The notes under the pieces are model-generated. The model saw only the letters and a program-made list of their open reading frames with translations. It was not told where the DNA came from and did no database searches. The translations under genes were made by a program, and so were the position numbers. A stretch of 64,000 nt of DNA from Candidatus Omnitrophota bacterium (lineage in GTDB: Bacteria > Omnitrophota > Gorgyraeia > Tantalellales > Tantalellaceae). The DNA lies in NCBI GenBank assembly GCA_024277375.1, contig JAJRVD010000025.1, positions 19,846 to 83,845 of the forward strand. The letters run 5' to 3'. How positions within the stretch are numbered: the stretch's first letter is position 1; the number at the start of each line of letters is the position of its first letter. Shown here piece by piece: positions 41,882 through 52,000 of the stretch.

Positions 41882-42784
41882 TTATTTGTCTCTCTTCAAC
41901 TCCGCCAAAACCGCTTCTTTCATAACTTTTTTCGTCTCTTCAAGAGGCTTCCCCGTCCATATATTAAAAGCAATGGCCGCCTGGTTGATCAGCATACCCA
42001 ATCCATTAACCGCTGTGAGCCCTTGTTCTTTCGCGGTTTTTAGAAGCCTCGTTTCCCGGGCATAGACAAGATCATATACTGTCATCCCCTCTCTTAAACA
42101 CTCAAGAGGAACAGCCGAACGATCATCCCCCTCTTTCGTTCCGATCGGGGTCGCGTTTACAACAAGTTCGCATTAGGCCATTCTTCCGGAAATATCTTTT
42201 GCCTCAACAGGGACGCACGCGTCCGGCCCAAACTGCTTCTTGCAAACAGTTGCCAATTGACAAAGTAGATCCTCTTGCGAATCATAAAGAAATATTTCTT
42301 CAGGTGCCGCCTCACCGATAGAAGCAAGATACATGCACAGAGCTCGCCCCGCCCCGCCGGATCCAAACAGAAAAACCTTTTTACCTTTGGGGTCAAATCC
42401 CGCGTCTTCTTGCAATGATTGATAAAACCCTTCCACGTCAGTATTATACCCCTTAACCTTTTCACCATCACTCCTGACGGTATTGACAGCACCCAGCAAT
42501 TCCGCTTCGCTATCTATAGTACACTTCTGTCCGGATTTCAGCATATCAAACACGGCTATCTTATAAGGTACCGTAACATTAATACCACCAATATTGTTGT
42601 CCTTGATAAGACTCAAGAAATCCTTATCTATATGTTTTGCTCTGGTGTCAAAATCTCTATCGAAAAGTTTATATTCGGTTGGTATGCCAAAATGGGCAAG
42701 CGCCGCATTATGCATGACGGGAGACAAAGAATAGCTTATATTCTTCCCAAGAAGACCGTATACTTTAGCGTTGACGTTCGACAT
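41882..42784 (-). CDS. aroE: Shikimate dehydrogenase, interrupted by one in-frame TAA at 42173-42175
   Basis: SLSPVMHN, NVTVPYK, GYNTD, GSGGAG; read-through RMA*CELVVNATPIG...YDLVY...GLGMLINQA. Confidence 0.92.
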
Positions 42785-42804
42785 AGAATGCTCTCCTCTG
42801 ATCT

Positions 42805-43030
42805 GTCATTGCGAACGAACTAGCGTGAGCGGAACAATCTCTGCAAAAATAATGTTTTATGGGGATTGCCGCGTCATCATTCGCTTTGCAAATGAACTCC
42901 TCGCATTCAGGCTGTGTCACAAGTCACTTTATGAAAGCTACATACAACATATTGCAGGGATTCATTTATCAAACCCGATATAACGGGCTTGATAAATCAA
43001 GCCCCTACATTGCGACACAGCATGAATGAC
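42805..43030. repeat. Inverted pair of GTCATTGCGA...CAATCT repeats; right arm interrupted by element A (42908-43024, reverse, variant spacer)
   Basis: GTCATTGCGAAC...ACAATCTC and GGATTGCC...CTCCTCGC-ATT[A]AAT-GAC. Confidence 0.8.
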
Positions 43031-43037
43031 AATACAT

Positions 43038-44588
43038 CTATTTCTTGCTTGTTTTCTTTTTCGCCTTAGTGGCTTTCGCCGAAAGGCGATTAACGGCATT
43101 TATGTATGCTCTAACACTTGCCTCTATAACATCGGTACTGGAACCTCTGCCCATTACGATCTTTTTGCCGAAAGACACCTTCACGCTGGCTTCTCCAAGC
43201 GCGTCTTTGCCGCTGGTAACAGCGTTTATTCTGTAATCTACAAGTTTGCCCTTTTGGCCGATAGCTTTATCGATGGTCTTGAAACAAGCGTCAACGGGAC
43301 CATCACCCGTCGCGGTGGCTGAAAGTAGTTTTTTGTTTTTTTTAAGATCTACAGTGGCTAAAGGATCTACCTTATTACAACTAGTCACCTGAAAATTAAC
43401 AAGTTTATACTCTTCGGTAACCGTAGCGAGGTCATCTTCCACGATAGTAGCGAGATCTTCATCGTATATTTCAGCTTTTTTGTCAGCAAGGGTCTTGAAT
43501 CGCGCGAAGGCCTGGTCGAGTTCTTTATCAGAAAGAAAATATCCGAGTTTTTTCAACCGGGCTGATACCGCGTGACGTCCTGAAAGTTTTCCGAGGACTA
43601 TCTTTGAGCCCGAAAACCCGACATCCTGAGGCCTTATGATCTCATATGTAACGCGTTTTTTCATCACACCGTCTTGGTGTATCCCGGATTCATGGCTGAA
43701 AGCGTTCTCGCCGACGATAGCTTTGTTGGGCTGGGGGTTTATCCCGGTTAACTTGGCGACCAATTTACTTGTCTTATATAATTCTTTCGTAATGATCCCG
43801 GTCGTTATTCCCTTGAATATATCCTTACGCATCTTGACGGCCATAATAACTTCTTCAAGAGCGGCGTTACCCGCTCTTTCTCCCAGGCCGTTAATGGTAC
43901 ACTCTATCTGACGCGCGCCGTTCAAAACCGCTTCTAAAGAATTGCTTACCCCAAGCCCCAGGTCATTATGACAATGTACGCTTATTACCGCCTTACCGAT
44001 ATTGCTCACATTTTCATTGAGATATCGTATAAGGCTCCCAAATTCGCCGGGCACGGCATAACCTACGGTATCCGGAATATTGACCGTCCGCGCTCCGGCG
44101 GCGATAACCGCCTCCACGACTTCCGCGAGAAAATCGGGTTCCGTTCGCGACGCGTCCTCGGGGGAGAATTCAATATCCGAAATTTTCTTACGGGCATATT
44201 TTACCGCGTCCACTGAAGCCTTAAGTATCTCGTCTTTAGCTTTATTAAGCTTATATTTTCGATGTATACTCGAAGTTGCCAGAAAAACATGTATCCTGGC
44301 CCTTGCGGCTTTCTTAAGAGCCAGATAAGCGTCATCTATATCTCTTTTGGTCGCCCGGGCCAAACCACATATTATCGGTTTTTTGACGTGCTTTGAGACA
44401 GTCTTTACCGCGTCAAGATCTCCCGGACTGGTACGCGGAAACCCCGCTTCGATAACGTCAACACCCAGAGTTTCAAGCTGAAGCGCGATCTTTAATTTCT
44501 CATTCGCGTTCAGACTCGCTCCGGGTGTTTGTTCGCCATCCCTTAAAGTCGTATCAAAAATGATAACCTTGTCTTTCTTCATGATCAA
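43038..44588 (-). CDS. leuA: 2-isopropylmalate synthase
   Basis: DTTLRDGEQ, HCHNDLG, GERAGNA, HESGIHQDG, C-terminal regulatory domain. Confidence 0.96.
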   Translation of the reverse strand: MIMKKDKVIIFDTTLRDGEQTPGASLNANEKLKIALQLETLGVDVIEAGFPRTSPGDLDAVKTVSKHVKKPIICGLARATKRDIDDAYLALKKAARARIHVFLATSSIHRKYKLNKAKDEILKASVDAVKYARKKISDIEFSPEDASRTEPDFLAEVVEAVIAAGARTVNIPDTVGYAVPGEFGSLIRYLNENVSNIGKAVISVHCHNDLGLGVSNSLEAVLNGARQIECTINGLGERAGNAALEEVIMAVKMRKDIFKGITTGIITKELYKTSKLVAKLTGINPQPNKAIVGENAFSHESGIHQDGVMKKRVTYEIIRPQDVGFSGSKIVLGKLSGRHAVSARLKKLGYFLSDKELDQAFARFKTLADKKAEIYDEDLATIVEDDLATVTEEYKLVNFQVTSCNKVDPLATVDLKKNKKLLSATATGDGPVDACFKTIDKAIGQKGKLVDYRINAVTSGKDALGEASVKVSFGKKIVMGRGSSTDVIEASVRAYINAVNRLSAKATKAKKKTSKK

Positions 44589-44644
44589 TCCTTTTTAACG
44601 TACATCTCATAGAGTACATCGCACAGCGTGTTTCTACCATCTAC

Positions 44645-44773
44645 CCTGTTGTCTCAAGTCACTTTGCAAAGAACAACATACAACATAACATACAACATAC
44701 TGTAGGAGTTTGATTTATCGAACCCGATATATCGGGCTCGATAAATCAAGCCCCTACATTGCAACACAGACTG
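44645..44773 (-). mobile_element. Degenerate reverse element A (variant spacer) abutting ATCGCGAGGAGCACAGCAACGAATCAATCTC
   Basis: Doublet 44702-44757; end ATTGCAACACAGACTG. Confidence 0.7.
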
Positions 44774-44857
44774 ATCGCGAGGAGCACAGCAACGAATCAA
44801 TCTCTACGATATGTGTACCCCGAAAAATCGGAAATAAGTCCAGCTATAACTGACAAC

Positions 44858-45847
44858 TTAGTCCATCCAAGGCATCATACCGCGCAGCTCTTCGCCGACT
44901 ATCTCTATCTGATGTTTCTTTTCCTCTGATGTTATCTTATTATAATTCGGACGCCCCGCTTCATTCTCTTTGATCCATTCCTCAGCAAATTTACCGGACT
45001 GCACTTCACCAAGGATCTTTTTCATCTCATCACGTGTTGCCTGATTGATGACCCTTTTACCTCTTGTGATGTCGCCATATTCGGCCGTATCCGAAACCCT
45101 GGATCTCATACCTGAGATACCATTTCTATAAATGAGGTCTGTTATGAGCTTTAACTCATGCAGACACTCAAAATACGCGATCTCCGGCTGATATCCAGCT
45201 TCAACCAAAGTATCAAAACCGGCTTTTATAAGTTCCGAAGCACCCCCGCAAAGTACTGCCTGTTCCCCGAAAAGGTCCGTTTCGGTTTCCTCGGTAAAAG
45301 TTGTCTCAATAACACCGGCTTTTGTTCCGCCGATCGCCTTGGCATAAGCCAGAGCCTTGTCCTTCGCTTTACCGCTGGCATCCTGATAGATCGCGATAAG
45401 AGCCGGAACACCTTTACCCTGTTCGTACATCTCTCTTACCAAAGCACCGGGCCCTTTAGGAGCGACCATTATAACATCCACATTTTCAGGCGGCACGATC
45501 TGCTTGAAATGTATGTTGAACCCGTGCGAAAAGGTAAGCGTATTACCTTCGAGGAGATTAGCCTCGATAGCGTTCTTATAAACCGAAGCCTGAACATGGT
45601 CCTGGGTCAATATCTGGATTATATCGGCCTGCTTTGCCGCCTCGGAAGCTGAAATAACATCAAAACCATCTTTCTTTGCCTGTTCATAGTTAGGGGTGCC
45701 TTCCAGTTCACTGACCAGAACATCAATACCACTGTCTCTCAGGTTAAGCGCCTGCCCACGGCCCTGTATACCGTAGCCGATTATCGCTACCTTTGAATCC
45801 TTGATCACATCAAGCTCCGCGTCTTTATCATAGTACATCTTCGCCAT
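44858..45847 (-). CDS. ilvC: Ketol-acid reductoisomerase
   Basis: [35 protein letters not shown]. Confidence 0.97.
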   Translation of the reverse strand: MAKMYYDKDAELDVIKDSKVAIIGYGIQGRGQALNLRDSGIDVLVSELEGTPNYEQAKKDGFDVISASEAAKQADIIQILTQDHVQASVYKNAIEANLLEGNTLTFSHGFNIHFKQIVPPENVDVIMVAPKGPGALVREMYEQGKGVPALIAIYQDASGKAKDKALAYAKAIGGTKAGVIETTFTEETETDLFGEQAVLCGGASELIKAGFDTLVEAGYQPEIAYFECLHELKLITDLIYRNGISGMRSRVSDTAEYGDITRGKRVINQATRDEMKKILGEVQSGKFAEEWIKENEAGRPNYNKITSEEKKHQIEIVGEELRGMMPWMD

Positions 45848-45910
45848 CTCACTTCCTCCTTTTTACTAGCGCTCATGCTTCATGCACAATACACTTTTTC
45901 CCCGTCCATT

Positions 45911-45988
45911 CAGACTGTATCATAATGTAGGGGCTTGATTCATCAAGCCCGTTATATCGGGTTCGATAAATCGAACCCCTACATTACG
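45911..45988 (+). mobile_element. Short element A (left TIR, doublet 45927-45982, ATTACG; no spacer)
   Basis: CAGACTGTATCATAAT-GTAG...CTAC-ATTACG abutting the ilvN stop. Confidence 0.75.
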
Positions 45989-46474
45989 CTATTCACTATC
46001 CGACCGCAAAGCTATCTTTCCGGTCCTCACGATCTCCAAAATTCCATAGGGACGTACCAGCTCCACAAGAGCTTTTATCACATGGTCATCCCCTGACTCT
46101 TCAACAGTAAGAGACTTCTTACCGACATCCACTATCTCCGCACCGGTAGTGTCAACAACTTTTACGATCTTTTCCCTGACCTTAGTATCCGGCGCCTTGA
46201 CCTTTATCAGTATAAGCTCTCGCCCGATATGCTCTCCCTCGGTAAGGTCCTGCACGCTAATGACATCTATAAGTTTATTAAGCTGTTTCTTTACCTGTTC
46301 CAATATCTTCTCATCCGCCGCCACGACTATTGTCATCCTTGATGTATCAGGATCTTCCGTTTCACCTACCGCTAACGACGTAATGTTAAACCCCCGTGCG
46401 GAAAAAAGTCCGGCAACCCTCGCCAAAACACCAAACTTATTTTCTACTAAAACTGATAGTACAAATTTAGACAT
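45989..46474 (-). CDS. ilvN: Acetolactate synthase small subunit
   Basis: GVLARVAGLFSARGFNI, KQLNKLIDV, EIVRTG. Confidence 0.96.
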   Translation of the reverse strand: MSKFVLSVLVENKFGVLARVAGLFSARGFNITSLAVGETEDPDTSRMTIVVAADEKILEQVKKQLNKLIDVISVQDLTEGEHIGRELILIKVKAPDTKVREKIVKVVDTTGAEIVDVGKKSLTVEESGDDHVIKALVELVRPYGILEIVRTGKIALRSDSE

Positions 46475-46499
46475 TATTACTCCTTAGCTTTCAGTCTTA

Positions 46500-46675
46500 G
46501 ACTCATGCAAAACGCTGTTTTTTCAATCAGACCGTATCATAATGTAGGGGCTTGATTCATCAAGCCCGTTATATCGGGTTCGATAAATCGAACCCCTACA
46601 ATATCTTGTATGCGGCCATCCGCATAACAAATTACAACACAGGCCGAATGACGAAAGTTCCGTTTTGCAAAACCC
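46500..46675 (+). mobile_element. Composite B[A]; A at 46528-46646 (AAT duplication), embedded in TCAGC heptamer repeats
   Basis: GACTCATGCAAAA...AAT[A]AATGACGAAAG...TTTTGCAAAACCC; TTCAGTCTT on both flanks. Confidence 0.83.
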
Positions 46676-46738
46676 TATTCAGTCTTCAGCTTTCAGCCTT
46701 CAGCTGCTGATAGCTGAAAACTGATAGCTGATAGCTCA

Positions 46739-48433
46739 CTACGCCAATCCGTGTAACATCTCGCTTATCGACTTACCTGCCGGTACCATCGGGAACACGT
46801 TCTCTTCCCTTTCTATGACGAAATCCAGTATAACCGGCCCTTTAGCCTTCAATGCTTCCTTAATTGACTTTTTTACATCTTCTTTTTTCTCGATCCTTAT
46901 ACCCTTGGCGCCGAAACTTTCAGCTAACTTCACAAAGTCCGGACATACGGTACCTTTTTCCCCGCCCACAACTGTCCAGGCATAACGCTTATCATAAAAT
47001 AGTTCCTGCCATTGACGTACCATACCAAGATAACCGTTGTTAAGTATCACAATAATGACAGGTATCTTCTCAAGAACCGCGACCGCCATCTCCTGGATGT
47101 TCATCTGAATACTACCGTCACCGGCAATATCAAAAACAATTGCTTCAGGTTTTCCTATCTTAGCGCCTATCGCCGCAGGAAAACCGTAACCCATAGTACC
47201 CAATCCACCACTCGACACTAACGTCCGTGGTTTTGTATACGTATAATGCTGTGCGGCCCACATCTGATTTTGACCAACTTCGGTGGCTATGATAACCTCT
47301 TTATCTTTGGTCATGTCATGTATCGTCTCGATAATGTACTGCGGCCTCAACTTGTCGTCATCCTTATATTTGAGCGGCAACTCTTTTTTCCACTCAGAGA
47401 TCATTTTGTGCCACTCTTCACGTTCTTTTTTTGTTATCATGGTGTTAAGTTCTTTGAGTATTGCCTTAGCGTCCCCGATAACCGGGATATCAACCTGCAC
47501 ATTCTTACTTATACTCGAAGGATCCACGTCAATATGCGCGACTTTAGCATTTGGCGCAAATTCATCTATCCGCCCTGTAACCCTGTCATCAAACCTGGCA
47601 CCGATCGCTATAATAAGATCCGAAGACTGTATGGCATGATTCGCGTACGCCGTTCCATGCATACCCAGCATACCAAGACTTAATGGATCATCTTCAGGAA
47701 AAGCGCCCAACCCCATCAACGTAGTCGTAACAGGTATATCCGTTTTACGCGCCAGACGTGTAAGCTCTTTATCCGCACCCGAAAGAATTATTACGCCGCC
47801 GGCATATATGATCGGGCGTTTACTTTTCTCGATAGCTTTGGCTATCTTTTTTATCTGACCGGAATGCCCCGTACAAGTCGGGTTATAACCTTTAAGCTTC
47901 CGCAAAGACGGTTCTTTGAATTCGGTCGTATTAACCTGAACGTCAACAGGTAAGTCTATCAGCACAGGACCGGGCCTCCCGGTTCTAGCTATATGAAAAG
48001 CTTCTTTTACCACTTGCGCGAGATCTTTTACATCCTTAACCAGATAGTTATGTTTTGTAATAGGACGTGTTATCCCGACCATATCAACTTCCTGAAAAGC
48101 GTCATTGCCTATGAGGCTTGAATTTACCTGTCCGGTAATGGCGACAAGAGGGATCGAATCCAAATGTGCCGTCGCGATACCTGTAACCAGATTAGTCGCG
48201 CCGGGTCCTGAAGTAGCTATACATACCCCGACCTCACCCGTAGCGCGCGCGTACCCGTCAGCGGCATGAATAGCTCCCTGTTCATGTCGGGTCAGATGGA
48301 ACTTTATCTCCTCCACACTGTAAAGTTTGTCCGCTAAAGGGATTATAACTCCACCAGGATAACCGAAAATATGTTTAACCTTCTCTTCCAACAACATCTT
48401 GATCAAGATCTCAGCACCGGTAATTTTAGTCAT
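46739..48433 (-). CDS. ilvB: Acetolactate synthase large subunit (start adjusted to MTKITG)
   Basis: FGYPGG, RHEQGA, TSGPGATN, GDGSIQMN, GMVRQWQ. Confidence 0.96.
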   Translation of the reverse strand: MTKITGAEILIKMLLEEKVKHIFGYPGGVIIPLADKLYSVEEIKFHLTRHEQGAIHAADGYARATGEVGVCIATSGPGATNLVTGIATAHLDSIPLVAITGQVNSSLIGNDAFQEVDMVGITRPITKHNYLVKDVKDLAQVVKEAFHIARTGRPGPVLIDLPVDVQVNTTEFKEPSLRKLKGYNPTCTGHSGQIKKIAKAIEKSKRPIIYAGGVIILSGADKELTRLARKTDIPVTTTLMGLGAFPEDDPLSLGMLGMHGTAYANHAIQSSDLIIAIGARFDDRVTGRIDEFAPNAKVAHIDVDPSSISKNVQVDIPVIGDAKAILKELNTMITKKEREEWHKMISEWKKELPLKYKDDDKLRPQYIIETIHDMTKDKEVIIATEVGQNQMWAAQHYTYTKPRTLVSSGGLGTMGYGFPAAIGAKIGKPEAIVFDIAGDGSIQMNIQEMAVAVLEKIPVIIVILNNGYLGMVRQWQELFYDKRYAWTVVGGEKGTVCPDFVKLAESFGAKGIRIEKKEDVKKSIKEALKAKGPVILDFVIEREENVFPMVPAGKSISEMLHGLA

Positions 48434-48537
48434 ATAACTCCTCTCTGCACTATGTGTACCCGATTCCGTAGGAGCGGTATCACAGCACCTTCGGTGATGG
48501 GCCGCGAACAAATAAATCAGGAATCTATCTCCCCCCT

Positions 48538-48562
48538 GTCATTCCCGCGAAAGCGGGAATCT
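48538..48562 (+). repeat. dRS3-like palindrome ATTCCC-N8-GGGAAT with a GTC prefix
   Basis: GTCATTCCCGCGAAAGCGGGAATCT. Confidence 0.7.
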
Positions 48563-48673
48563 ATTAATATTAATAGTCAGTTCCTATTAAATCAGGAAAC
48601 CAAGGATTTTACAATTACATAAGTATAACACAAGAAATTATGTTGTCAAGCGCTTCTCGGGGAACAAGAATGG

Positions 48674-48701
48674 GTAGGGGCACGGCATGCCGTGCCCCTA
48701 C
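48674..48701. repeat. Perfect 28-bp GTAG-type REP palindrome
   Basis: GTAGGGGCACGGCATGCCGTGCCCCTAC. Confidence 0.85.
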
Positions 48702-48716
48702 AAATAATTTGTCATT

Positions 48717-48835
48717 CAGGCTGTGTCGTAATGTAGGGGCTTGATTCATCAAGCCCGTTATATCGGGTTCGATAAATCGAACCCCTACAATATATTGTAT
48801 GCGGCCATCCGCAAAACGAATTGCGACACGGCCTG
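48717..48835 (+). mobile_element. Full-length 119-bp element A (near consensus) with ATT duplication, in a GTCATTGCGAGG...GCAATCTC repeat
   Basis: GTC-ATT[CAGGCTGTGTCGTAAT...ATTGCGACACGGCCTG]ATT-GCGAGGAGG. Confidence 0.9.
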
Positions 48836-48929
48836 ATTGCGAGGAGGAGCGGAACAACGACGAGGCCGAGGAACAACGTTTCCGAGGTCATCCTGAGACC
48901 AGAGAGTCTCAGGGCGGCAATCTCTAAAT

Positions 48930-48968
48930 AAAAACTCCCGGAGTGGGATTTGCTTCCACTCTGGGAGT
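48930..48968 (-). terminator. Probable intrinsic terminator downstream of the giant gene
   Basis: Stem ACTCCCGGAGTGG / CCACTCTGGGAGT next to an A-run (U-tract on the minus strand). Confidence 0.6.
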
Positions 48969-49011
48969 GTACATTCTTCTATGAACCATGAACTACAAAC
49001 TATAAACTCCC

Positions 49012-52000
49012 TTACACCGATCGCCAGACTTCTGACGTCGCCGCGAAGATCTCCTTGATCATACCCATATCCACTTTTGTTATCGCCGGCAATGCCAGGT
49101 TAAAAACTATTTTAACGAAATCTCCTATACCTTTGGAATTAAATGCCTCTACTAATTCTTTCTCGAAATCCTCGATGCTATTCGCATTGTTAGTCGCACG
49201 CGCTAATGCCCTGGCCTTTAGCCTTACGGCGTCTTCCTGGTCTTTCGGTGTTGCTCTATTTTCCTTAGCAAGATTTGCCACATGTCCCAAGTTAAGATTG
49301 GCAAATGATACGCCCATCAAACTGCCGTACGGCATCACAGCCGCAGGATCTTCCGCATTCTCTTTATCCTTCCATATCGTAAGCATAGTATTTTCATTAA
49401 GAAAATCTTCTACACTTTTCTCTCGCGTCAAATCTTTCAACGCCTCTAACTTCTCTAATTCTTCAAGTACCGATCTGGCTATCTGAAGATCTATCCGGGT
49501 ACGGCTATCATCTTCCCCCTTAAACGCGTCAATAGCTTCGCGAATAATTTTTTCAGCTTCATTCGTACCCATTGTATTTCTTAATCTTATGTTACCTTCC
49601 TTGCCCAAATCATGTTCGGCTATAAAGTTGTTTCCGCTGCTTTTCAAAGCGGTTAATCGTGACGCGAATTCCACTTGCGTCACCCCTTCCGGCTTGCCAC
49701 CCGCGATTATACCGTAGCACGGGGGTAGATCTTTACTCATAACTTCAGCGACATCCATTGCAGACGCTTCGACACCCTTCGTCATTGCTTCTTTGACCTC
49801 GTCTTTATTTCCTTCATACGGCTTGCTGCCATCGATGGTCACAGAATCATCGGTTACATTAAATTCTACAACATCCACAGCTTCAAGCTCATCCAAAAAT
49901 TGTTTCCTTATATTGTGATACCGACGTATTATACCGTCAGCCGTATCATCACTTGTTGCTACGAGCCGGACACCATTAAATACGACACTAGACATATCAC
50001 CCGGCAGAAGGTCCTCTACCATTCGGCTAGCAATACTTTCTATTGTTTCATCGGCATCCGGTATCACCTTGAACATCTGGGGCCCATCACCTTCCGACGC
50101 TATTATCTCTTTGGCGCGCGCCAATACCATGTTCTGTCGTTCGATATCAGTTATATCGTTCATCTCAAGAAACCCTACAATATCTGATTCAGCTTTAAAA
50201 ACTTCTTTATAATTATCCGGAAAAATTCTTGCAGCGTTGAGAGAATATATTTCTTCTGCCAAAATGACGGCGTCTTTGAATCTTTGTGTCAATATCAGTG
50301 CAAACGCGTTTTCTTTATCTGACAAACCGGAGATCTCTGCTCTTGCCGTAGATTCTTCAACAAGTTTCTCTCCCTGCGGAGACAAGATCTTTTTAGCCAG
50401 CTTCAATATCTTATCCTGACGTGTACTCTCTCTTATATTGTATTTTTCAAGAAAACTTACGACAGCGTCTTCAGCTTTCCTAGCTGGGGCACCCCAATCC
50501 CTTGCGATAGCAGCATCACCATAAATTCCTTCCGCTAAATTGACATCTCCCCGCTTACCAAAGGGGGATTGTGCTAATAACCTGGCTAAAATGGTATCAT
50601 CCAAATTTTTAAACTTATGATCAGGTAAATTCCCATCATATAATATCTTGTTCAAACTAATCGTCTGCGCGTACATCAATACTATGTCCTGTATCAACTT
50701 TGGAACATCCTTATCTTCAGTATTTTTAATTAGCTGAGGTGAGATATAGAGCTTTCCTGCTTCAAAATATATACCATCCATAATGCCAGCGGTATCGGAG
50801 GGCCTTAGCTCTTTTTCTGCGAACGGAATAGCGATATTCTGTCCACTAGATATGTCTGCAAGCACAAACTCAATTATTTTATTAACAACCGTTTTCGCAT
50901 CCAGAGTCTCATTAATGCCTATTTTTTTAAGAAGCTCTTTCTCCATCCGTTTTGTCATCTGCTCACGATTGTGATTTAATAGCTTGCCCATATCATCCTG
51001 CATATACCTCAGTCCTTCGATCAACCTGAATGCCACACGAACAGTTTTTCCATTAAAGAACATATTGCCATACCATGCGCTTAGTTGCATCTCTTCAAAC
51101 GCGCGGATCAGCTCATTTGCTTTTGCCCTGATAGACACAACCTCTTCCGGAGCATTCAAATACCTGGGATTTATGTATATCACACCATCGTTTTGATGCA
51201 TTGTATACTTCGTCAGGTCCGTAAGATTCTGGTTGTTTAAAACGTCTATATTTGAGGCTCTCTCCATGCTGTTCCTTCTCAACATGTCCGCGACATCTCT
51301 CGCTACCAAATCGAGACTACTCATCTTTACTATTTCATCGAACAGCTTCTTGCCTTCTCCTCCTTCAAGATCTAAAAAGTCAGAGCCATATATTCCAACC
51401 GCTTCCCTATGTAATAAGCCCTGATGACTCTCTGCCGCTAATACAGCAATGGCTTCTGTAACTTTCTTGTCCCTCGTAAATTCTTCCCCGTCCGCTCTTG
51501 CCTGCTCCTCAGCTACCAAGTCTAACTGTGCGAACTCATCTAAGCCTTCAATCACATCACTTCTTTCTTTCACTTCATGGTACAATTGTCTGCTGATCTC
51601 CTCTAAATTTCCCGCATCAAACAATTCCTGTGGTAAATATATCTGCGCTCTCGAAACGCCATAATGTCCGCTCCTTAAACCTGGCACAATTATGATCTGC
51701 ACATCCTTCAATAAACTAGTTCTATTTGGCAGCCCGCCTATAACCTCAACCAATAGCCTCATTTGAGCCGGAACCAATCCGGGAGTTTCATTTTGCTTAA
51801 ATGTTTCTCCAGTTTTTCCGTCGGTTTTCACATAAGATTGGACTATCTCGCCATCATCAAACTGATAGGAAGTGGTTAACCCGTCTTTGAGCGGTTTTTC
51901 GATCCACCTTTTATACTCCTTGTTGTCCAACCCCTCCACGCCGCGGCCGTAGGCAAATTTATTGGAAGTTACATTGCTCTTCTTAGCCTGATAATAATGA

